IMG/VR virus record: IMGVR_UViG_3300027736_000026
Location: 55,675 to 119,674 of that record
Reading direction: 5' to 3' (one strand)
Length of the DNA: 64,000 bases
Origin: a virus
Position 1 is the stretch's first letter. Every line of letters begins with the position of its first letter. Positions 54,515 to 64,000 of the stretch are shown piece after piece. A program made the translations under genes and the position numbers. The notes below the pieces were generated by a model. The model saw only the letters and a list, made by a program, of their open reading frames with translations, was not told the DNA's origin and ran no database searches.

Positions 54515-54901
54515 ATGAATCGCAAAGGTTTTTTCAAGACTCTATTCGGAGGCTTTGTCGCTGCTTCTGCCGCGCCATCTCTAATCAAAGCAGAAGAGAC
54601 TCCTCAACCGCCAAAAGATTTATCACTCAGTAGAGAAGTTCTAAGAATTGATGAACATGGCAATCTTGGCATTGGAGGATCAAGCAACATTGGATTAGGA
54701 ACTAGCACACCTAGGAATAAACTCCACGTTGAAGGTATCGTTTTTCATGTTAATGATCGAATGCTAGAAATGGCAGGAGATGAGAATGGTGATTTTAAAA
54801 TACACTGGTTAGATACGAAAGAAAATGAATTCGCTAGTAGCGTTATAATCAAAAAACCAAAGGATGATCTGTGGAAGACAAATTCGATTGCGATTTATTA
54901 A
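54515..54901 (+). CDS. Tat-like signal peptide fused to a tail-fibre-type repeat
   Basis: MNRKGFFKTLFGGFVAASAAPSLIKA; LRIDEHGNLGIG..NIGLGTSTPRNKLHVEG. Confidence 0.65.
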   Translation: MNRKGFFKTLFGGFVAASAAPSLIKAEETPQPPKDLSLSREVLRIDEHGNLGIGGSSNIGLGTSTPRNKLHVEGIVFHVNDRMLEMAGDENGDFKIHWLDTKENEFASSVIIKKPKDDLWKTNSIAIY

Positions 54902-55050
54902 GTCCTGAAGAGATAAGTATAGGCTGGCATTATTGCCGCAATTGGGAATGGGTATTAATTGGCCCCGGTAATTTAAAGATGGATAGTTGTAATTGTAAAA
55001 TTAACAAAAAAATTCACGCAGAAATTAGAAAAACTCTTAAACATGATTAA
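54871..55050 (+). CDS. Small Cys/Trp-rich protein (59 aa, GTG start, not in track)
   Basis: ..LSPEEISIGWHYCRNWEWVLIGPGNLKMDSCNC..; fills the gap before thyX. Confidence 0.5.
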   Translation: MEDKFDCDLLSPEEISIGWHYCRNWEWVLIGPGNLKMDSCNCKINKKIHAEIRKTLKHD

Positions 55051-55738
55051 CGACAAGAATGATAACAAAGTGCAGCTACTTGGCTATTATGGCAGCGATC
55101 AAGTTCACGCTTGTTCAGCTTGGACTTCTACAAGCCGAGATTTAAATGAAGATAAAATTAATAGGATTCCTAAACTCCTTAAGATGCTTGCTGATGCGGG
55201 ACACCATACTCCTTTTGAGAAATCTTCTCTTCACTTTTTAGTTGATACTGATATTGCTAGTCACATTCATCTTCTAAAGCATAGGGTTGGCGTTTGTATT
55301 AATGGTGAATCTGCTAGGTACAAGGAGATAAAGGAAGACAAGTATCTTATCCCAGATGATTGGGAAGGTATTACGTCTAATTTTAATAGTGATAATAATT
55401 TAGGAGTACAAAACGATAAATGGACTACTATTCTTGAACATTATACTGAACTTGGCAATACTCTTTATCATCAATGCGTTAAAGACCTTGAGCCAACTTT
55501 AGGCCGCAAGCGAGCTAAGGAATCGGCTCGTTATTTCAAGAATTATAATTCTCAAATTCAAGCTGATGTTATGTTTAATTGGCGGTCTTTTTATCATTTC
55601 TTGAACTTGCGTAACAAGCCTGATGCACAAAAAGAAATTAGAGAAATTGCTGCTGAAATGTTAAGATTAGTTAAGTGTATCGAAGGCAACCCTTTCGAGC
55701 ATACTATCTCCGCATTCAAATTAACGAGTCACATATAA
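55043..55738 (+). CDS. thyX: Flavin-dependent thymidylate synthase
   Basis: GHHTPFE, HLLKHR..INGESARY, KESARY, FNWRSFYHFLNLR...AQKEIR. Confidence 0.92.
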   Translation: MINDKNDNKVQLLGYYGSDQVHACSAWTSTSRDLNEDKINRIPKLLKMLADAGHHTPFEKSSLHFLVDTDIASHIHLLKHRVGVCINGESARYKEIKEDKYLIPDDWEGITSNFNSDNNLGVQNDKWTTILEHYTELGNTLYHQCVKDLEPTLGRKRAKESARYFKNYNSQIQADVMFNWRSFYHFLNLRNKPDAQKEIREIAAEMLRLVKCIEGNPFEHTISAFKLTSHI

Positions 55739-55791
55739 AGCATTAAGTTTGATAGTGTTTCGTATGTGATTCTTTTCGGTCCATACTTATT

Positions 55792-56013
55792 ATGATTAAA
55801 GAAGTGATAATTAGGTTGCGTAATTTCAATGATTGGCGCACCGGCAAGAATGACCAGACAATGGAAGAAGCAGAAATCGTGCCAGCGCAATTAACTGCTG
55901 ACCTTTATTTCGTCTGCGACCATGCAGAGCAATCTGAAAAGACCATTAAAAAACTAAAATCTCAGATCCAAGAGTACGAGAAAAAGTTGAAAAAGTACAG
56001 AATCATGCCCTAG
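55792..56013 (+). CDS. Hypothetical protein
   Basis: FNDWRTG motif, coiled-coil tail. Confidence 0.6.
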   Translation: MIKEVIIRLRNFNDWRTGKNDQTMEEAEIVPAQLTADLYFVCDHAEQSEKTIKKLKSQIQEYEKKLKKYRIMP

Positions 56014-56016
56014 CCC

Positions 56017-56181
56017 ATGAAAGAGTCAAGGCTTTTATTTTGGATCGTAGGAACTTTTCTTTTTTCCTGCTTGACCTCCTACGTTCTCCACTTTAAGTTG
56101 GGGGTAGACATTGCGCCGCCTGTTTTGGCGATTGGGATACTTGCGGTTTTATTAATTGTAAATTGTTTTTGTGATGAATGA
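56017..56181 (+). CDS. Small two-TM membrane protein (54 aa, not in track)
   Basis: MKESRLLFWIVGTFLFSCLTSYVLHFKLGVDIAPPVLAIGILAVLLIVNCFCDE*. Confidence 0.5.
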   Translation: MKESRLLFWIVGTFLFSCLTSYVLHFKLGVDIAPPVLAIGILAVLLIVNCFCDE

Positions 56182-56389
56182 AATATTTTTGAGCTATGAA
56201 TTGGAACTTGACACTCATGCCAGCGTTCGTATCCTTCAGTTTCCTCACAATAGAGAGGGCTTCACCGAAGCGATGGATCTAATAGAGTCTATTCAAAAAG
56301 ATTTAATTTCTGCAAAAATTACCAGTACCAGAGACGGTGTAGTTTACAATTACAACGACACACAAGAAAATAAAACACTTAATTACTAA
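56174..56389 (+). CDS. Hypothetical protein
   Basis: ORF track. Confidence 0.55.
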   Translation: MNEIFLSYELELDTHASVRILQFPHNREGFTEAMDLIESIQKDLISAKITSTRDGVVYNYNDTQENKTLNY

Positions 56390-56403
56390 AAATACTTACT
56401 AAA

Positions 56404-56928
56404 ATGAACGATCAATACAAAGGAAGTATCAAACAGAGTTTCGCATGGTGGGATGTTGGCGGAACAGATATCCCGCAAGGAACTTTCACGATGATAAACG
56501 AAAAGTTCAAAGCATGGGAAAAACGTAGAGGTTTCGCAACTGAAACTAATTTTATTGGAAATCCTTTAAAGAATAACGAAAATAAACCTCAACCTGTCAA
56601 GCCACTTCGCGGGATTGCCCTTAAGAATCATCTTGCTAGACAGATCAAAGAAGAAAAGCTCGGCAAGGAAGCGGCGAAAATGGCGAAGAAAAAAGGCTTG
56701 AAAAAGAGCGAAAGCCCCACTAACTTTGCCCCGCCGATTGTCGGCAAGCATTATCACTCAGACAACAACGCTAAGAGAGCAATCAAGCACTTCATTGAAG
56801 TCCATTATCTAACTATCCCAGAAGATTATATATTTGGAGTAAATAAGATTGACTGGGGAGTCTACGAAATCACCGGAAGTCGCAAGCAAACCAAACAGCC
56901 CTCAAAGAAAAATGAAAATAGTAATTAA
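56404..56928 (+). CDS. Basic hypothetical protein
   Basis: ORF track. Confidence 0.6.
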   Translation: MNDQYKGSIKQSFAWWDVGGTDIPQGTFTMINEKFKAWEKRRGFATETNFIGNPLKNNENKPQPVKPLRGIALKNHLARQIKEEKLGKEAAKMAKKKGLKKSESPTNFAPPIVGKHYHSDNNAKRAIKHFIEVHYLTIPEDYIFGVNKIDWGVYEITGSRKQTKQPSKKNENSN

Positions 56929-57259
56929 TAAAAAATACGGCGGCTTTGGCCTTAGCGAAGAAGCTGTTTTATTATATGGTGATAAGAAAGGTCTTAACAT
57001 CATAGCTAAAGAAGATAAAAAAGTTAAAACCATTACTCATTACTTCTTAAATGAAGAGAAAGAAGAAAATGGATTCGGTGAGTGGGAGATCGAAAGGACC
57101 GATCCAGTCCTTGTAGAAGTTGTTGAGCAGCTTGGTGATTTAGCGAATGGACATTATTGTAAATTGAAGGTTGTTGAAGTGCCTGATGATGTTAAATGGT
57201 ATATTCACGATTATGATGGTATAGAAAGCGTATACGAAAAACACCGCATCTGGGATTAA
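56912..57259 (+). CDS. Hypothetical phage protein
   Basis: MKIVINKKYGGFGLSEEA, RTDPVLVEVVEQLG, LKVVEVPDD..W.I.DYDG.E. Confidence 0.8.
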   Translation: MKIVINKKYGGFGLSEEAVLLYGDKKGLNIIAKEDKKVKTITHYFLNEEKEENGFGEWEIERTDPVLVEVVEQLGDLANGHYCKLKVVEVPDDVKWYIHDYDGIESVYEKHRIWD

Positions 57260-57450
57260 TTATGAAAGAAATTAACAAACTATATGAAATATGTTTTGCT
57301 CAAAAACTAAAACTAAAGCTAAACTAGAAGATTGCGCTGTCTCTTGGAGCGGCGACACTCTTTCTGTTTGTGACAAATGTAGAATGAGTATTTGGGATTT
57401 TGATTATGATGATTTTCATTCCCAAGAGAAGATAAGCGAAGAAGAATAAT

Positions 57451-57627
57451 ATGGAAAAATTCGATAAATTTATCCACACCGACATCGTTGGCAGAAAATA
57501 CGAAGTGACATACACTGGAACTCGACGCGAAGTTAAAGGTTCTGGGTTTGAGTTTTTTGTAGATGATAAAGGAGATAGTTGTTTTTTTACTGATACAGAA
57601 GTGAAGAAGATGGAGAAGAAAGATTAA
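57451..57627 (+). CDS. Small hypothetical protein (58 aa, not in track)
   Basis: MEKFDKFIHTDIVGRKYEVTYTGTRREVKGSGFEFFVDDKG...; co-oriented with neighbours. Confidence 0.5.
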   Translation: MEKFDKFIHTDIVGRKYEVTYTGTRREVKGSGFEFFVDDKGDSCFFTDTEVKKMEKKD

Positions 57628-57628
57628 T

Positions 57629-58103
57629 ATGAAAATGACAGATGAAAATAAATTAAAAATTGTAACCTTAAGCCACAACATTAAAGCCTTGTGCTATATA
57701 CTTGACAAAAAAACATTCAGTGAACATTGTGTCACTAGTGGTACTTTTACTGAAATTGAATCTTTGTTTGAATTGACTAAGGAATTGAAAGAAATGAACA
57801 AAGAAGAATAAAAATAATATGTCCCCCGACATAGATTTAATCCATAAAATTCCCCAAGAAGTCAAGGATGCTGCCATCTTGCTTGGAAATTATTTTAAAA
57901 AACAAGGTCTTGACAGTTGGACATTGTATGACGTATCTTCGCGTCAGAATTTCAATGGAGCCTACAACCAAGGACTAGACACTGCAATCAGCCTCGTTAG
58001 TGAGGGCAGCGACATGGAAACTATCATTTGCGGATTAGAAAATAGTAAAAAACAATTCCCAAATGAATGCGGCGATGGTATTGATTATACAAAGAGTTTT
58101 TAA
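57629..58103 (+). CDS. Two consecutive small hypothetical proteins (57629-57811 and 57819-58103)
   Basis: ORF track, tightly packed. Confidence 0.55.
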
Positions 58104-58105
58104 AT

Positions 58106-58372
58106 ATGAAATACAAAGTAACATACTACGATTACGATAGCGATAACTATCTAACAAAAGAACTATATTGGATGGCATCTTACAGAGGATCATTTGATTT
58201 TGTTCCTGTTAGTGATGGGCCAAAGGAGAATTGGAAAGGTTTTTCTATAAGTGGTTCTGGAGTCAATGTATTTTACAACGATAAAGGCTTGAATATTACT
58301 GTGGATGGTTTTCAAGAAATGAAGAGCGGTGGCTATGGTAAAACTACGACTCTTATTCAGAGCGCGAATTAA
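58106..58372 (+). CDS. Hypothetical protein, paralog of 62933-63214
   Basis: Shared MK.KV.YYD.D.D.Y.TKE.Y.M..Y.G.F.F.PV ... G.Q.MK.GGY.KTTT. Confidence 0.7.
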   Translation: MKYKVTYYDYDSDNYLTKELYWMASYRGSFDFVPVSDGPKENWKGFSISGSGVNVFYNDKGLNITVDGFQEMKSGGYGKTTTLIQSAN

Positions 58373-58384
58373 CTGAATAATAAT

Positions 58385-58777
58385 ATGAAATACACTCCAG
58401 AAAATATCACGCATCTTGAACCAAATCAAATCTTTTGCTATGGAGCAAACGCCGCAGGAATCCACGGTGCAGGAGCCGCAAAATTAGCCTTGAAATGGGG
58501 CGCAAAAATGTACGAGTATGGTCTCAACGGTCAGACGTATGGCATCCCAACCAAGGATCGTCAAATTTATACTTTGCCCCTTGACAAAATTCAAGTTCAT
58601 GTTAATGATTTCCTCGCAACGGCATTCTCTCACCAAGAATATGAATTTTTAGTGACCAAAATCGGTTGCGGATTGGCGTTGTATCAACCAAAAGATATTG
58701 CCCCATTATTTAAGATAATTAAAACAGGAGTATTTGAAAACGTAATTTTACCAGAAGAGTTTTATAAATATATTTAA
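58385..58777 (+). CDS. Macrodomain-like phage protein (A1S_2505-type)
   Basis: TPENI..L..NQIF..G.N..GIHGAGAA..A, GQTYGIPT, FLVTKIGCGLA. Confidence 0.8.
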   Translation: MKYTPENITHLEPNQIFCYGANAAGIHGAGAAKLALKWGAKMYEYGLNGQTYGIPTKDRQIYTLPLDKIQVHVNDFLATAFSHQEYEFLVTKIGCGLALYQPKDIAPLFKIIKTGVFENVILPEEFYKYI

Positions 58778-58780
58778 TAT

Positions 58781-60491
58781 ATGAATACACAAGTTACAAT
58801 TATCGGGAAACAGCAGAGCGAAAAAACAAAAACTGCTATTAAATTTAGGTGTTTTTTGAATGATGTCGATCCAAAGAGCAACAAGACATTACACCTCGTA
58901 AGTGAAGAATATTTCCATCCACACTCATACAATTTCATCGAATTGATTTGCCGGGATTATATGCTTGGTTCTGATTTGATGTTTGCTTATAACGACCCGA
59001 ATGATCGTAGTGATGGGCGGTTATATATTGGCAACTTCAATGATGGAGTAGTAGAATAAATTATGAAAATTAGCCGAAAAAACCTCTTGACCGTGGGCTT
59101 GGCGGGACTTATAAGCGCGACTCTGCTGGCTGTTGGCCCTAAGCAGGGCTACGTTCATTGTCAACTCTCAATTTGGCTGATGAAATTTTCGATAATTTCT
59201 CTCGCTTTTTGGTTCTGTACCAGCGAGACTAGCAGCAATGAATAAGCTAGAGAAGGCTAGATGGCGTAACATCCTGCGAAAGGCGGCTAAAGCCAATCGC
59301 CTTTTCAAGAAGGGCTACCTCGTATTCGATCATCATGGCATTCGTTTTGAAGGATTTAAATTTGAAAATGGTCTGCTATATGAGGGCAGTGAAAATTACA
59401 GATCTATTTGGATTAGTAAAGACAAGCCGTGGAGTCAACATCTTCAGACTCCAATTAAAGAGTTTAATGCTAAACGCTTCGATAAATGGACAGCCGTGCA
59501 TCCCAAAGATATTAAAAAGATTTAAGTAATATGAAAGTTTATCTTGTTTATAATAATAGTGATCGAGATGGAGGCGTTAATGCTATTTTCGACACTGACC
59601 GCAAAGCACTTGATTTTGTGATAAAAGAGTATTATTCTGCTCCTTATTTTAAGAGTATGGATTCATATTCGCTAGATAAGCTTGCCCGTGAATATGTTGT
59701 AGAAATGAAAGTCCTTTAATATGACAATTTATCTTGTTTATGGTTTGGACAGAGATGAATGTTGCGAAGAGTCTTATGTTAAAAAGGCTTTTATTTGCGA
59801 AACAGAAGCAGAAAAATACTGCGAATCAAATTCCAAATCTCTTTATGATAGAGACTGGTATGTTGAGAAAATGAAACTAGAACGTCCCCCTAATTTAGAT
59901 TAATTATGAGAATACATACAAAAAATACAGCTTTTATCGCAATGTTTGTTTTAGTTATTATATGTGCTATTGCTTGGGGTCTTTATATCAGATCGACTAA
60001 CAACACCATTAAAGTAATAGATGGTTGCCAATATCTTAAGAACTACAATGGTCATGGATGGAATCTAACTCATAAAGGCAATTGCACGAACACAATACAT
60101 TATAAGAAATAATTTTTCGGTAAAAAAAATAAATAATATGACAGCTAAACAACAAAAACAATTCAAAAAAGAAATCAAAAACCATCTCGATTTAGAATAT
60201 GAAAACTTAAATCAAATTAGTAAAGTTACTGGACTATCGCGTTCTTTAAAACTAGATGCTGACTGCATGATGTTTGCTTATGCTTTGGGATTGGTGAGCA
60301 GACAGTATGAGTCAATATGGGAAAAAGTTACTAAAGCTCCGATTGATAATATTTTTGATGATAATTTGGCAGTAGAGCTACAAAGTCAAGTCTGTCTGAA
60401 TTGGGGAGAAGAAATAATGCACCGGCCAAATAAAACAATTAGAGATGCAGCCAAACAAGCTCATGAAGAATATTCTTCTAGTAAGAATTAA
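58781..60491 (+). CDS. Run of seven small hypothetical ORFs (58781-59059, 59063-59245, 59238-59525, 59531-59719, 59721-59903, 59906-60112, 60138-60491)
   Basis: Head-to-tail packing; 59531 and 59721 share an M..YLVY start; 59063 and 59906 carry hydrophobic helices. Confidence 0.6.
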
Positions 60492-60499
60492 GTAATGAT

Positions 60500-60871
60500 A
60501 TGAGCCGCGAATATAAATTCAGAATCTATTCTTTTGTTTCTAAGTATTTTATTTACTTTGATGTATACGAAGGCGTACCTCAAGGTATCGCTGGCGGCGT
60601 AAGTGAGCCGCAAGAATATACAGGATTACAAGACAAAGATGGCAAAGAAATTTATTGCGGCGACATAGTCGAGCTACATACAGCAGCAAATGATAAAGCC
60701 AAAGGTATTAAAGATAATCATTGTGGATTGTATGAAATATATTGGGACCGTTGCTATAAATTAAAAACTATAAAACCCAATTGGTTCTTTATACCAAACT
60801 TTGAAAGTCCAGCGGCTGATTATAATATTATGAAAGTCGTTAGTAATGTATTTGAACATAAAGAAGTATGA
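60500..60871 (+). CDS. YopX family protein
   Basis: MSREYKFR, QEYTGLQDKDGKEIYCGDIV, VVSNVFE. Confidence 0.85.
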   Translation: MSREYKFRIYSFVSKYFIYFDVYEGVPQGIAGGVSEPQEYTGLQDKDGKEIYCGDIVELHTAANDKAKGIKDNHCGLYEIYWDRCYKLKTIKPNWFFIPNFESPAADYNIMKVVSNVFEHKEV

Positions 60872-61290
60872 GAGAACTAAAATTTAGAATGTGGGATGAA
60901 AAATACGATTGTTGGGATAAATCATCTCTGCTTATATATCCAGATGAAGAGATTAAGAAACAAGGTAGAATCATTCAATGGTTCACTGGCTTAAAAGATA
61001 AGTACGGCAAAGAAATTTACGAAGGCGACGTTATTCGTGGAATATTTGATTTTGGCCCCGCTGGCTTTAAAGAAGAAATACTTCCTGTGCATTGGGATAA
61101 TGAAAGAGGTTATCAATGGGATTATTGGAGGTTGATGACTATTGAAGTTCTTGGTAACTTGCATGAGTGGCCTTGTCGTAAACCTAAGAGCTTTGATCAC
61201 AATGGTGAGTGCCTAACTTGTGACGCATGGGCCACAGATTGCCCATTTCTTAAATTTTGCCCTTCTCCTAAATTAATATTAAAACAATAA
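60868..61290 (+). CDS. YopX family protein with Cys-rich C-terminal extension
   Basis: MRELKFRMWD, QWFTGLKDKYGKEIYEGDVI, EVLGNLHE, then DHNGECLTCD...DC. Confidence 0.85.
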   Translation: MRELKFRMWDEKYDCWDKSSLLIYPDEEIKKQGRIIQWFTGLKDKYGKEIYEGDVIRGIFDFGPAGFKEEILPVHWDNERGYQWDYWRLMTIEVLGNLHEWPCRKPKSFDHNGECLTCDAWATDCPFLKFCPSPKLILKQ

Positions 61291-61444
61291 CCATTTGCAG
61301 CCCGAAGCGTCTGACGCTACGTTATGAAATCAAATAATAAAAAATACACAACACTTCAAAAGATAATGCTGGGGTTAATTACTTTTGTTTTTGTGGGATT
61401 TCCTATTGGTTTTTGGGCGTGGATAGTATACTATTTATACTAGC

Positions 61445-62305
61445 ATGAAAATAAATATCATAAACGACCAAAAGAATTTTAAATTTTTATTTATTGAACT
61501 GCATTTTCCAAGCTTAGGTAAAATCGACGCGTTTAATGAATGGACTGATGAATACTATTCAGGATTTAAAATGAGTTTCCCGACAGAAATTTACTATTTA
61601 AATGACCGAGAAGGTTATTGGCATTTTTCCTTGACTTTCTTGGGTTTCGGGGCGAAGATTGTGAATCAAAATGGATATTGACGCGACAAAAGCTCCAAGA
61701 ACACACGCAACTTGGAAAAAAGCTTATGACGTTAAAGAACTTGCGAAGCTCATGGCCGAGCTTTCTGTGCAACTTGAAGTTGAATTAAATACTGCAATAC
61801 TCAATGAAACATTTGCAGAAAATAAAGCATATATGCTTGAAAAAGAATTAAAACAAGCGCAAGATCGTATTAAGCGACTGGATGAAACTTTGGAGGGTAT
61901 TACTAATAAACTTGATGCTGCGTGGGGAATATATATGCAATTTAAGGAGCCTAAGCCGTGAAACAAGTACCAGATAAATGCCCGTTCTGTGAGTCTAGCA
62001 TTCTAGTTCATGGTGGAAACCCATTAAAGTCATCGGATGGCGGGTTCGCTACATACGAGTGTAAAACCGTTCAAGATATAATTTGGTCAGATGCTCAATT
62101 CAAACGCGCCGCACAATCCGAGGTATGTCGGAGGCGTGAGGTGATATTTCTGACTAGGAAGCTTGATGAAGCTAACAAGCGCATCAAACAACTAGAAGCT
62201 TTTGTTAATAGATTTTTAAATCCTGAAGATTTAGGATATTCTGTTAATCATTTCTTGCGTGATGATGCAAGAGAAGCTTTAGGAATGAAACGAGTGGAAT
62301 CATAA
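61445..62305 (+). CDS. Three small hypothetical ORFs (61445-61681, 61671-61961, 61958-62305)
   Basis: Overlapping stops and starts; the last has CPFC..C..C and a coiled coil. Confidence 0.6.
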
Positions 62306-62321
62306 ATAAAGATAATTGTAC

Positions 62322-62936
62322 ATGAGCAAAAAAACTTCTAAAAAAGAAAAAGACAACATCAATGTCGTCAACCTAACAGATACTCATTTATCTGTTATTA
62401 ATGCCGCGCTTGAGACTTATTATAGACTAAAGTCTGGGCAGATTGATATGGCACTTGACATTGCTTATAATTACAAAATAAAGCATGAACAGTCATCAGC
62501 TATTTCCACAATAATCAGATCTTTTGCGTTGCCTGAACTATCAGTTCGCGGCTCAAGTTATGGTTACAATGCGTTAGAAATTGGCGATGCTAAAATTGCT
62601 TATGAGATCAAAAAAACTTTTGAAGAAGTTCTTGCGGTGAAGAGAAACGGCGGCTATTATGGCAACACCGTTGATTTTCATGGTCCGCTGAAGTCGAGTG
62701 ACGAACCTTTACCAGAGGTTGTAGGTTTTGTCAATTATATAGATCACAAATTCACCGACAAAGAATCAGATATCATAAATGACTATTATCATTTAAAAAA
62801 CTTTGAAAAGATGTGGGAATATGCAGATTCTATTACTTCAAAATTACCCAAGGGAGAAAAGCGGGAGATAATACCTAGCTTTGCTGGCGTGACTATGAGA
62901 ATACATAAACCAAAAAAGCCCGGTGATTCAATATGA
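62322..62936 (+). CDS. Hypothetical protein
   Basis: ALETYYRL.SGQ motif; likely start MSKKT. Confidence 0.65.
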   Translation: MSKKTSKKEKDNINVVNLTDTHLSVINAALETYYRLKSGQIDMALDIAYNYKIKHEQSSAISTIIRSFALPELSVRGSSYGYNALEIGDAKIAYEIKKTFEEVLAVKRNGGYYGNTVDFHGPLKSSDEPLPEVVGFVNYIDHKFTDKESDIINDYYHLKNFEKMWEYADSITSKLPKGEKREIIPSFAGVTMRIHKPKKPGDSI

Positions 62937-63214
62937 AATTCAAAGTATCATATTACGATTTTGACACAGATAAATATGTAACAAAAGAGTGTTATCGTAT
63001 GAGTTTTTACGATGGGAAATTTGAATTTATGCCTGTAGACAATCCAATTAAAATTTATAAAAGCATAATCATAGATCATCCTATTCCGTCTGTGACCCAG
63101 AATAATACAGGATTTGTATCAATTTCTGTAGTAGGTTATCAATGGATGAAAAATGGTGGGTATGATAAAACTACAACTAAGATAGAAAATGTAAGGGAAA
63201 CTGCTCAATATTAA
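62933..63214 (+). CDS. Hypothetical protein, paralog of 58106-58372
   Basis: Visible co-linear similarity. Confidence 0.7.
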   Translation: MKFKVSYYDFDTDKYVTKECYRMSFYDGKFEFMPVDNPIKIYKSIIIDHPIPSVTQNNTGFVSISVVGYQWMKNGGYDKTTTKIENVRETAQY

Positions 63215-63226
63215 AATAATTAATAT

Positions 63227-63749
63227 ATGACAGACTCAAATATTATAGATAGATTAAACGCTTTATTAAAGAGTGGTAAGCCTAAAATTATTGCGGACAG
63301 ATTAAAAGATATATCTGAGTTAACAGAACAACAGGTTAGGCATTTCAAAAACGCAGAATATGTGTGGAATCTACATCCTAATAATAACGAAGGATCATAT
63401 AAAGGTATGCATCTAGGAGTATTGTTGGACGAAAAACTAAATTATGTTCATCTTGTATTTGTTTCTATTGATTTTATTAATCAAATAAATGAGGGAAAAG
63501 TATTAAAATGACTATTACATTAACATTAGGAATATGAATACAAAATATTTAAGTATATATCCGCAATGGCATTATAGAAATGGCGGCGGATTATTTTTAG
63601 GAATCAGACTTCAATTTCCAAAGATTATCTATGATATTGAAGCGATAGATAAACATACTTATGCCTGTTTACGCTTGACATTGGGGCTATTAATGTTTAG
63701 CATCAATGTAGATATAAAATACAATCGTATTAAAATGTTTCCCCAATGA
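63227..63749 (+). CDS. Two small hypothetical ORFs (63227-63511 and 63534-63749)
   Basis: ORF track. Confidence 0.5.
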
Positions 63750-64000
63750 AATATGTTAAACTAATTGCCAAGCCTGATACTTGGTTTAAGGCGGGAACAG
63801 AAGTATTTGATGATGACTGCTTTGGTAAAAGGTATACTTTAGAAGCTTATAATCGATGGCTTAAATCAGGTATTATCTTAGCAAGAGGTATCCGTGTATG
63901 CGAACACGACTATGAACTAAAGTTAGGATATGAATTAGGTGAAGAAAGACAAGATGGTGAATTATGCAATATCAATGAATTTGATATGACTATTGTGGAT
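63746..64000 (+). CDS. Hypothetical protein, truncated by the window end
   Basis: MKYVKLIAKPDTWFKAGTEVFDDDCFGKRY... open to the edge; ATGA overlap. Confidence 0.55.
   Translation, partial: MKYVKLIAKPDTWFKAGTEVFDDDCFGKRYTLEAYNRWLKSGIILARGIRVCEHDYELKLGYELGEERQDGELCNINEFDMTIVD

Noticed and set aside
57262-57449. Possible frameshifted gene around the AAAACT/AAAGCT short repeats
   Set aside because: Two short overlapping frames exist, but there is no recognisable homology or clear slippery site to support recoding.
1967-61966. Short antisense or nested ORFs in the track (for example 5607-5963, 22500-22802, 33428-33847, 42201-42542, 57319-57681)
   Set aside because: They overlap better-supported genes on the other strand or frame and show no motifs; treated as shadow ORFs.
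1-64000. Stop-codon reassignment
   Set aside because: Recognisable genes are full length in the standard code, coding density is high and neither tRNA is a suppressor.

Overview
This window is a gene-dense, AT-rich segment of a large dsDNA tailed-phage genome, read in the standard code. No capsid, terminase or portal genes are visible. About 1-26 kb is a minus-strand block. It holds a replication module (family-C polymerase split into PHP, DEDDh exonuclease and core genes, a Cas4/RecB-like nuclease, primase, DnaB and a RecA-like recombinase), a 12.5-kb sugar-modification cluster (Gmd, an NDP-hexose C-methyltransferase, many glycosyl- and methyltransferases), a class II ribonucleotide reductase, a sigma factor and a dNMP kinase. 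About 26-64 kb is mostly plus strand. It holds dCMP deaminase, dUTPase, Hsp20, UvsE, two tRNAs, HNH nucleases, a RuvB-like ATPase, a porin-like protein, rIIA/rIIB, a second glycosylation cluster, ThyX and many small unknown ORFs. The strongest unexplained signal is a ~460-nt non-coding stretch (25190-25650) that folds on the minus strand into a multi-domain RNA with long-range helices and a possible pseudoknot, and matches no RNA class I recognise. Other highlights are three apparent promoter classes (leaderless sigma70-type, a sigma54 site before hsp20, and a recurrent GTGTAA motif) and several envelope-targeted proteins. All calls come from reading motifs by eye; no searches or folding programs were run.
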